20,000 nt of DNA, taken from Catajapyx aquilonaris (Eukaryota). The stretch spans positions 52,904 to 72,903 of the forward strand of contig JYFJ02001673.1 of the NCBI GenBank assembly GCA_000934665.2, given 5' to 3'. A program made the position numbers and the translations under genes. Below, in pieces: positions 1 through 10,110 of this stretch; positions within the stretch are counted from its first letter, which is position 1; every line of letters starts with the position of its first letter. The notes beneath the pieces were generated by a model. It ran no database searches. It had not been told where the DNA came from and was given only the letters and a program-made list of their open reading frames with translations.

Positions 1-1764
1 GGCTGGCGCGGATAAAGGCCAGGTCATGGCTTGGAATTTGCATAGAGAATATCAATGCCGGTCGCGGCCCATCCTCTCGTTCAACATCAGCCGCTCCTTG
101 CATTACTCCTGTAATGATCGCTTCCTTTGCTGGTAAGGTCCTCCTGTCTCTCCTTCTGCTGAGTCTACAAACCAATGCGAATGGGTGGGGAGAGGATCCA
201 TGTTGAGAAGTTTTCTTTTGAGTTTCTCAGACTCCAAATTGGTTATACAGGACCTTGTTTCCTAATATTACGTGAAGCGGAAAATGTCGTACCCGATAAA
301 GGGGGTTAATGCTAGTATTGGATTTACTCTAACATTGTTCCGTCCCAGACTTCATTCTTTCGGGGGTCTATCAAGAGCTCAGGAATAAAACGGGGACGAT
401 CTACAGTTCTACGGACGTCAGGTAGCTTATACAGTGTCAGTACTTTTAAGCTAATTAGCCTGCGCAGATTTTAGTAAATGTGTCGGAATGGTTAGGAAAT
501 TAGCTGCGTTGTATTAATGGATCATAGAGACACCTTGTATATACAGTACAAGGCTTATTTTTTTAAATGTGTAATTTCATTACAGGCGATAGGAACAATC
601 GTCTATATGTTGCCTTTGAAGCCAGCAGAATTTTTCCAACTGGCTGTCCTATGCTGGGAAGAAACGGAGCCAGTTTTCTTAAATCCGAGAGAATGGGTAG
701 GAAAAACCTGGGAAGGCGCGGTGATGTGATTTGCTTCCAATTGTCACTAAATCACCGAGGAGCGCAAAGCCCGGTAATTTGCATAATTTACGATTTAAAC
801 ATCACTTCCCCAGAGCTGCGGCGAAACGCCGGTTTTGAATATGGAATAAGCCTTTAGCCCATAATTTAAGGGGGTATTATGTAATCCCCCACAGTGTCAT
901 ATCGGGCCTGGATTAGTAAGTTGGCAAATCAAATTCCGCCTCGACTCAGGCAGAAGAGAAGAGAATGCTTGCACTTGATATACTTTTGATGAAGAACTCG
1001 CAGTGGGAGACAACTAATGGCATTTTTCTTCCCCGAGAAATCTCATCGCTTCAGCTTCTTTTTCCGTGGTCTCAGAGGGGGTGGAAAGAAGAAGAAGAAA
1101 AAAAGTGTCGCGAGAAAAAATTAGCACTTTTGCTTTATGGTAATGTAATGCAGGAGTGCCTGGATGGCACGGAAGGAATAAGTGCACATTAGCGTTCATC
1201 GTTAACACCGCGACAGTGACATTTATTAGAATACCGCAGGCCCATGAAACAATTTTACGACCTTAAATCTAAACAGTAATATTTATTAATAGATACTTTC
1301 TTACGGCTCAATTTATAGCTTTTCTACGTGCAGATCGACGCTGTAAATCGACCAAACCCCCCCTGATATTTATACAGTACTTGAACGTTGTCGGGTAAAC
1401 GTAAATGCACTGAATTTGCTTGGTAATACAGGGTGTGTTTACTTGTTAGCACGCAACAACAAACTGTCGGGTGATTTTGGCGAAAAGCGTCCGTTTTAAT
1501 CAGTCAGTTCCAGTACATTGCTTTATTGCGTCGGGTTGTGTCGAGCACCTCATTCAAAATTTGTGCTAACAGACAGCGCACTTTAATATGATCACTTGGA
1601 AATTATTATTTACGACATGTCCATGGTTCGGTCTATTAATTTTAAATAGTTTTCCTGTCTTTAATTTCACTCCTGGTGTAGTTGCTCCTGAGAAAATATT
1701 AAAGTTGCTGGTCAGTTTGGATAGCTGCCACCTGTTACTTATAGCAACTGGTTTTTGATATTAT

Positions 1765-1801
1765 AAATAAACAAACAAACAAAGAGGCAAATAAATAAAT
1801 A
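1765..1801. repeat. Short imperfect (AAAC)n/(AAAT)n microsatellite
   Basis: aaataaacaaacaaacaaagaggcaaataaataaata seen directly. Confidence 0.7.
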
Positions 1802-2957
1802 CTCCAGGACCTAAACCAGCAAGTCTTAGTTTTTGATATACGGTGTCCGTAAAATGCATTTCATAGTACTGAGAAAACATGCAGGCCACCACTTACATTA
1901 GCCACATGGACCATTCTGTTCTGCAGACCATTACTTCTAAACTAGCCATACCATGTCTGGTGCATTGTACATTTCTGAAATGTTCCAAGTTAATATTAGG
2001 AACCGGCACTTTTATAGTTTCCAAGGAGAGGGGGTATGGCGTGAATTTTTTTTTTATCTCGTGGGCCACTGGCAAAAGGCGGTAGGAAAAAGTTGGCGTG
2101 CAATATTATCGGGAACAGCAGATGCAATCGGAAGCCAAGTTTTCGCAGATGGGCAAAAGAGATGAAAGAGCTGGTAAAAGTGTGGTACGGGTCGGGACCA
2201 TCTTAGGAAAGACTTCTTCCAAAGTGCAGATGGGAAAGTCTAGCGCCAACTTAAATGCCACTCTTGTTTCCCGCAAGTTGCTCCTGAGGAAGGAAGGAAA
2301 AGGGGAGCTTCTTCGACGACGAGCTGGTTTCCTTCTAATCTGCCAAATCGGCCGCTCGGATTATTGGTAATGATGAATCGGAGGGCATAATGGCCAAGGG
2401 AGGTGGCTACGGAGACTGCTAATGACCCTCTCTAACTTCTCAATGAGGAGCCAAATGGAATCATTAGGGGAATAAATGTCGCTTTAATGAGGTGGGCCCG
2501 TAGTAGGTGGCCTACTGGGATGTTCCCTTCATTCCCCGTAACGGTCCCACCTCGCCGCCTGGTTATTTTGACTAATCAAGCCACAACAGCAAGCCTTCCC
2601 CCTCCCACCTACCACGTTTTTCCCCGGGATTTTACACTCATTACCAGGGCACAACGTGATGCGAGCAGGAAATGCAATATTTCCGGCCGCAATTACCTTG
2701 CCACTCCACTTTCTTCATACCAAGCACCTGATTTGTTGGAGGAAGAAGGAACCCGGAGAGAGGGAGCCCTTTTTGTTCTCGAATTAAAAAATAACCACAA
2801 ATTTGGTTTCAGGGATGAAATGTTACACCTAATGATCCTGAGGGAGAGAAGGGGGAAGTAGAGGAGAGGAGAGAAAAAATAGAGAGAGGCAAGTGCTGGG
2901 AATCTCATTCCAAATTCCATCGAGGTGGAAAATAATGAAAGTTTTGAGGTTGTGTAC

Positions 2958-2988
2958 GGGGAAAGGGGGGGTAAAAAGGGGAGGAGGG
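2958..2988 (+). other. G-quadruplex-forming motif
   Basis: Four G-runs: GGGG 2958-2961, G7 2965-2971, GGGG 2978-2981 and GGG 2986-2988, with loops of 3-6 nt. Fits the G3+N1-7 pattern. Confidence 0.55.
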
Positions 2989-3476
2989 AGTTTGGACCTA
3001 ATTTGCATGGAATTCAGGCCGTAATTTATTACTCGTTATTAGTGATTCCCGTATATACAGATGTAATTGTGTCAAATGGAACTCCCTCGTACTCGAGTGA
3101 CCATAATTTCTAATATTTTTTTTCGCCTATCCTGAATGTAAACATACCAATTTTCGTACCCCTCTCAATCGAGCGGCATTCCATGAGGCAATAAGGCCAG
3201 TAGCATAGTCCTATTAAAAACTGCTGTAGTTGTATCAAAATTATTATAATCTTTAAAGGTAATGTCCGAATGTTTATGTCTGGTTTATCTGCTATTCAAA
3301 CATGGTAAATAAAATTGGGTGTCCATGTTTCTGCAACAAAATATTCTCATCTAATAACGAGAATATTGCATGTGTCATTTTTGATATTTCTGCTTTTAAT
3401 TAATGGCTTCATATAGAACGAAGCGACACATTTCGTTTCCAAGAAGTTGATATCGTATCGTGTTTCGGACACTTAC

Positions 3477-3559
3477 CTGGAACTGTAGGAGAGAAAACAT
3501 TCCACTGTTCTATTTATAAACTCGTCTAAACTGAATTGTAGCAAAGCATTACACAATAT
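3477..3559 (-). other. Candidate spliced exon: 6-nt microexon 3482-3477 or 83-nt exon 3559-3477 sharing one donor
   Basis: Minus strand reads tgttttctctcctacAG|TTCCAG|GTAAGT, a consensus donor. A second acceptor, catttcatctttgtgcAG, lies at 3560 and gives an open frame ILCNALLQFSLDEFINRTVECFLSYSS. No partner exon found. Confidence 0.3.
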
Positions 3560-6500
3560 CTGCACAAAGATGAAATGCCAATTTTTAGACACTGCTCGTT
3601 ATTAGTTACCATTAAACTTAATTTTGTTTATGCCATTGCTTGCCATCATAATTTATATTGGAGAGAAAACAATATTCCTCAGTACTTTCCGAATCAGCAG
3701 TGTATTCTCGCTGATTGAGTCTCTCAGAGAATCTGTACCGCCTCTATAGGGAGAGTAAAACGCCACCCTGGTTTAAGAACCGCCAGTTAAACATTAAAGA
3801 GGGCATGTGGGTGTAGGGTGCGTGAATTCGCAAACCTCACGCGAATCAATATTTACGTGCAAAAGGGAGGAGTTAATCGACGCCTACCCATCTGATTTAA
3901 TCGGCTCAGAAATGTGACTCTTTGGTTGCAAAAATTAGTTAGGATCAAGGGAAACATGGCGTTGCGAGCTTTGCCTGGATTTGTTAATACCCGAGATTGA
4001 TTGAGAGACCAACTCTTTGTTGCAAAGAAGATCAAAAGTACAAATGCGCTGAATTGACAATTATTGCGCGCCATTGAGCGTGAATCATGACGACCGAAAA
4101 ACACGTTCATTATTTTGTGTTTACCTGACATTAATCGCACAGACTACAAAATTCCACTCTTGTTAATCTGTATTTTAATGTATTTACAATACCCGCTGCC
4201 AGTCTTGGAAAGCAAAATAATTATCCTATTAATGGGCGTTTTAAAATTATGCCAAACTAAACATGGCGGAATATTTCCCGAGGTTTTAATAGACCGCTGG
4301 GTTTGTATCCATCACGGAAATCTAGGAAAACAGGCCATGATGAATAGAAAGCACTGTTGTAAAGACATGCTCATTGGGAAGGGGAATTAATGTCTCTCTC
4401 AGCACAGGTATTGCCTCCGCCCGTAATTAAAAATAAATAAATAATGAAAGAGGGATTTGGGGATCGCTCAGAGTGAGCGCTGCTCTCGTAGGTGTGAAAG
4501 AGCATTGGAAGATCTAAGAGTGTATTTGGCAAGTAACGGATGCGCTACGTAACAATTTAAGAGCCAATCTCATTACTTACGCCTCGTAATTATTTGACCA
4601 TGTGTTTCCGTTCCTAAATTTCTTCCTCCCCCCACCAGATAAAAATTGCATGGCACCACGCGTGGGAATTTAGGCTAAACCTTTTCTTTCTCCTTCATTA
4701 ATATTTATTGTCGCGAAAATAGATCACGCGCAGTGACATGGTGCGTACCTGTGGTGTCTGACCTGACGAGAATTGAAGATGGATAGATAATAATAGTGCA
4801 ATGACCGTTTCCGACTTTCGGAGAAATATTTTGCTCAATATTTTATCAATTTTTAATGCGGGATGTGAGTTCACCAAGTGGCATATTTTATAGGAAATAA
4901 TTTTGAAGTCGAAAATAATAAGATTCACTGCTTAGCGGAGAAATATAGAGAGGAGTTGGACAGAAGTTGGACATCATGGTATAGTCGGGTATATATGTCG
5001 GGCGAAGAACATAACTTGCACTTGCCAGGGTTAAGTACATCCTCATTGTAATCAACCTTTTGAGGATGTTGACTCCGTTGATCCAGCTGGTACTGTGGTT
5101 AGAGCCATAAATTGACTGGGCCCGGTATCAGTGTTGGCCAACTATAAACCAGTCTAATAAAGCGGAAGAAAAAGTTGTAAACCGTATTTCGCAGAACGTG
5201 GGTACGTTGGGCTAGGGCTACCAGTTTGTGTTCAAATATGAAAACGTGTACACGAGTTTTTAATTTGGGAACAAAATTTAACGACTGTTTCATGCTCGCA
5301 GGTAGATTTATACTTCCCGCTTTTTCAATATATCACGGTGCAAAATAGCCGGCCGTGTGTGCATAAAGCACCAGTGAAGAAGCCTCATTCCATTTTTATG
5401 ACAGTCATGCACATTTCTCATGCAAGTGCATCGCACTGCACACATGGCGACTTTCACACGGGTGTGTGCCTTGAAAAAAAGACTTTCACATCTTACTCTT
5501 CTGGCCGTCCATAAATCCCTGCTTCTCCCCTTAGCATGCATGAATAGCAAAAAAAAGTAATAGTGTCTCTTATTTCCGTGACTGCTTGTAATTGTTCCTT
5601 GGGCCGCTAATTCCGACTTGTCCCGAACAACCTCCTATCTATAAAATTGGTTGGGTGGGGGATAGGTGGGGGAGAGAAAGCCCTACATGCATATATAGGA
5701 CTAGAATCCGACCATAAAACTAACAGCCTTTTTATGTCCCCGTACAACCCAGCTGCTCCATCACGCACAGTTGTATTTAACAACATTTGGGAAAGTGCAC
5801 CGAGGGGAGTTACACGGACCCGCCTTCACCTCTCACTACATACACCTATACAAGCACTGATTTGCCAGCATTTGCCGCTTCAATCCGACGCTGATCTACT
5901 GATTAGATCAAAACATGGCACCGTTTAATGTCAATGTTAAATCAGGTCTGAATGCAGCAGTTTGCTGTGATTTATCTTCGGTTATGAAATGCCAGTACAT
6001 GTCTTGAATGCATTTCTTTAAGAGGAAGGATTTCAATATAAGTAACACATGCATTTCCTTCATTAGCACTCATCGGTCGTAGCAGAGCGGTCCGGCTTAC
6101 AAATCCTCTCATTGACCCGAAAAAATATACCATGTCTGGGAAACGATAAGCCACGGACTGTGTAGCAAACCCTGCGGTCGATGCTGCAAGTTGGAGTCGT
6201 GCCGGTGCCACCATAATTTTTACCCGTTTCTTGGAGCTTATTCCGGCCAGGGAAGAGCCCAGATGGCGCCTTTATCGTACCTCCTTCGGCATGGCGGCAA
6301 GTCAATACACGACCTTTGAGCCAAGGGCATTTGGATATTGAAAGGAGGAGAAAATAACAAAAGAATTCTCGAGCATACAAGAGAAAACCAAGGAGGGAAG
6401 AAATGCTGATTCGTTTTTCTCCCATCTTTTTCAAAAACCACTCGATCGGTTGGATCCATTTGCACGTTTTCGGAGCGATTGACACGGCTGCCTTTCACGG

Positions 6501-8463
6501 AAGGGATTGCAGATGGGAAGGAATATTTATGCAATGCGTATACACAGGTTTAACTTAAAGACGACAAATGCTGGATCATTCCTGCATGGAACCGTACACA
6601 GGAACGAATCAAACAGTATTCAGAAATTTGGCTGTACATGTCATAAAGCTTGAGATAAAAATTCTATTTAAAATCCAAAGGCGAGAAATCCCAGCTTTTT
6701 GTGATTTATTCCTGTTCCGGGTGTATAACTATGTAATAAGGTCGTTTTACACGCATTGGAGGAGATTTTTGTACAGCAAAGCGGGGGATTGGCCTTTCGG
6801 ACCAGCACCGGTGTTACAACTCATGACTTCCAGACTTGGCAGTTTTATTTCCACATTTAAATCCTATTTCTGGAAGCATCGTTAAGCGATGAATTTTGTC
6901 CGACATGTAGGGAAATTTGTTCTGGCAGGTTGTAAACTCGGGGGGTAGCGATAAAAAGGACGCCGTGTCTAATGTCGATTCAGATCTGCTTTCATGAGAA
7001 TGACAGGTCAGTATCAAAGGCACGGCAGGGTATTTTTTTTCTTGTTTTTTTGAACTTTATGCTTGTAAAGGTGGTGCCAGCCAAAGTGAAACTTTTCTTT
7101 GTGACTTGCCATAGCAGCGAGCGGTCATTTTTTGAACGCTGGTGTCAGCACCAATTACTGTTGACTAGAAAAGCTGTGCTGTACTGTATAATCTCAAGGA
7201 GGAAATCCTGCATCTACTTGGCCTGAATTTAAAATCTGACATAGTTTATTAAGAGAGTTATCTTGAATTGCCTACATGAGGTGCAGAACAATTAAATTAG
7301 TTAATTGTCACTTGGTATAATTAAAATCTGACAGTGGGTTTAATCCGCCTTTAAAAAGTGAGGCGTATGCCAAAAAGAGCCTCGCAAATTGATGCGGGTC
7401 ATGTTGGTAGAACTTAAAGACGTCGTTAGCAAGCTCCCCGAGGGGGTTTAATGTCGGAGAGGATCGTCCCTCAACCGTCCAATTCTCACTTTGTCACCAC
7501 GAGGCAACCCGAGTGACACACAAAATTCCATCTCGTAATTACAGTACACCTCGCACCATTTTCCCCTCAGGCTTATTACTGATAAGATGCGCACCGACTA
7601 CGTTCCAAGGCATTATAACGATCTGGGGAGCCTCCTAAAGCCAGGAGACTTATGGTTGAGGCCAACTTCGGTCGGTTAGTGTTGGAAGAGGATCTGGGTT
7701 GCTTATAGTTCGGTCAACAGAATGGTCAGCTTTCGAGGCACCCGGTATGTTTATAAGACCGGGTTCTTCGTGTAGTGTGAGGTTCATGAAGGTAGTGTTC
7801 TTTATAGCTCAGGAGATTTTACTGCTGGCGGGTCATTAATGCGATGCGATCTTGTAGTACTGCGAACCCTCGGGGGGTAGCCCGGGTTTTATCAGGCGCG
7901 GCACTGCTATGGGCTATTGTAAAAGGGCGCCGAGGGGAACCGAATTAATGGTAAGCAAACTGCTTTTTCCTATCGCCACACTGATGACTAATGGTCACAC
8001 CTGCCAAGGAGTGACGTCGTTGGGACTCTCTCCGAAAATCCGCATTGCGAACACTCCAGTCTTTCACTCTCCATTTGCCGGCGGACATTACGGCACACTT
8101 ATGCAGTCGCAGAAGCATAAAGATAAGAAGTGGAGGCCGATAAACTAATGCTCTAAACTCCTGGGATGCATTTTGGATAGGGGAGCTGGGCGCAAAACTT
8201 GAGATGCGAATGGCTTCGTTCAGTGCGGATGAAACATCTACGAGATGGACTTGGAGGTTTTTTTAAAATGAAAAAAAGGAGTGGAATAACGTGTCATTTT
8301 CACTCATTCGGTACAAGAGTCATTTCAGGACTCGGAGTCCTAAAACCAGCCCTCCAGGCCACTTGAAATCCTGGGCAGGATTCGTTTCACATGTCGCTTT
8401 ATAGGCAGACGTCCTGCGTGGGGAGCCTAAATATTGACGGTTATTGTGCGGGGCTTGAGTGCT

Positions 8464-8474
8464 GTCGTAAATCA
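8464..8474 (-). promoter_or_regulatory. Pbx/Exd-posterior Hox (Hox9/Abd-B class) composite site TGATTTACGAC
   Basis: Plus strand GTCGTAAATCA is the reverse complement of the TGATTTACGAC consensus. Motif match only. Confidence 0.3.
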
Positions 8475-9432
8475 CGGGGACATCCAATGGCCCTCTTCCA
8501 TGGGCTGCAGATATTACCTCCGAATGGTCTTAATGCTGGCTGATGATCCAATGCGCAGGACCGGAGACGGCGTAATAAGGAAACATGGGCCCAGGGTAGG
8601 AAAGCTTGATGGCTCCAAATTCCGTGGATTCGTCGCAGCGAGGGTTTGAGTTTTTTTTCTTCCTTTTGGTGGGTGGAGAATCTCTGAGGAGGAACCATTC
8701 AGGCGTGTCACCCCCTCTCTCCTTTTTAATGCCTATTGGGCCTAATTGAATGTTAACCGTTTTCTGGGGGAGCTCCATTTGCGGCGAGGGGGGGGTTTAG
8801 AATCAGTCTTTGCTGCGTTCTGAATCGGAGCCGGCTTTGAATACGGTCCTATAGAAGGGATTAACCCTTGAAGATATCGAGGATTAAGCGTCAGAATATG
8901 GAATGGAGACAGAATGGAGAATAGGGATGTGTCCAGGATAGATCTAAATGTGGACATCAAAATTGGGATTTGCGACTTTTAACGCGTTGTATACGACGCA
9001 CAGGGTAGGTTGTTAAATTTTTAATGCCCGTAATTAATTAAGTGCGTACAGGGTGCACATTTCCCCCCCAAAGTAACGTCCAATAATGGAATCAGGCGAT
9101 AGAGCTTATGCTACTCTAAGAAGAAAACGACCATCAGGATAAATTAATGTGGTTTTGATAGTTTTCCTCCATTTAAACTGGCAATTAATACATTGATTTT
9201 AGTTAAAGGCGAAGGACACCAACATTATATTGTTACCAATTATGGTTATTGCAAGTTATAGTAATTACCTATTAGTACTTATTACGCTTTCCTAAATATG
9301 CACCCAACCAGGCATCTTTACTAACACTGTTAGTTCCGAGCAGTCATTAATTTTTAAATATATCTCGGAGGAGACCAGGTGGAACCCTAACCTCCCCTGT
9401 TTTCTCCCCCCAACCCTTTCCCACAGAACCGA

Positions 9433-9639
9433 ATTTGCATGGAGACCCCACTTCAAAATTAATAACGTTTCGCACTGCTGGATGTGAAAATGACGCCAGT
9501 GTTATATGGAGAGGCTAATATTTTTGTTTCATCAGCAGGGCTGGGCTCTGGGGCCAAATGTGATTTGCATGTGCTAATGCAATCAATGGAATTTGACACG
9601 TGCAGTACAAGGACGCCCTTCCTGCACGTGTATATAAAA
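9433..9639 (+). promoter_or_regulatory. Promoter/enhancer-like module: two octamers, inverted E-box pair and TATA box
   Basis: ATTTGCAT at 9433-9440 and 9563-9570. ACACGTGCAG 9596-9605 and CTGCACGTGT 9622-9631 form a 10-bp inverted repeat, each arm with CACGTG. TATATAAAA at 9631-9639. Confidence 0.35.
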
Positions 9640-9656
9640 AAGCAAACCTCGTACCC

Positions 9657-9738
9657 TCGAAACTGGTGCAGTGATATGCAAACGATGTAGGAATCACGGC
9701 TCTGAATCGGGAAATAGCTGTAGCCCTTCTCATTATGG
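9657..9738 (+). repeat. Diverged direct repeat, copy 1
   Basis: Aligns with 10027-10110: 52/64 identical ungapped, then 15/20 with two gaps. Shared blocks include GGAATCACGGC, AATCGGGAAATAG and CATTATGG. Confidence 0.85.
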
Positions 9739-9860
9739 GAGAGTCTAACATCTACAAATTTATAGCCCATTATTTGTAATATCAATAATTGTATCTCATT
9801 TACGGATCACAAACAGCATGTCAGTTGAGATTATTAGTTTCGGTTAGTAATTTATCCCTC

Positions 9861-9955
9861 TAAAACGTGATGGGTTAGTCTTTCCAGTCGCTCATGCGTA
9901 TTCAGACACTCTAATGCACATGCGCGACTGGTGCGATTAATCCATCACCATTTTA
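9861..9955 (+). ncRNA. Long imperfect hairpin (pri-miRNA-like; alternatively a tiny MITE)
   Basis: Paired segments: 9861-65/9951-55, 9867-80/9935-48 (14 bp), 9884-91/9924-31 (8 bp), 9893-96/9919-22, 9898-9902/9913-17 and 9904-06/9910-12. Total 39 pairs including 3 G-U. The hairpin itself is clear; the RNA-gene call is uncertain. Confidence 0.4.
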
Positions 9956-10026
9956 CCTCATTCATATAGCATCCATGAACAATACACCACACCGCATAAA
10001 AAGAATAAAATCGACCCCGAAAGTGA

Positions 10027-10110
10027 TCGAAACGGTTCCACTGATGGGCAAACGGTGTCGGAATCACGGCATTCAATCGGGAAATAGATGGCGTCCCATT
10101 CGCATTATGG
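10027..10110 (+). repeat. Diverged direct repeat, copy 2
   Basis: 370 bp downstream of copy 1 (9657-9738), ~80% identical over 84 alignment columns. Confidence 0.85.

Noticed and set aside
1427..1585. Tc1/mariner-type MITE (TACAGGGTG start; TGTTAGCAC/GTGCTAACA inverted repeat)
   Set aside because: Only 9 bp of clean inverted match, and the right end does not restore the terminal sequence.
3610..3743. Upstream minus-strand exon joined through a 50-nt intron to the 3559 acceptor
   Set aside because: The frame needed for an in-frame join contains stop codons.
9515..9751. The 9657/10027 repeat as a duplicated coding exon
   Set aside because: Substitutions are not confined to one codon position, most change the amino acid in the best (minus) frame, and the 3' part needs non-triplet gaps.
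10027..10070. Hammerhead ribozyme within the direct repeat (CGAAAC, CTGATGG...GGAA)
   Set aside because: The core is not CTGANGA/GAAA in the required order, and copy 1 lacks CTGA at that position.
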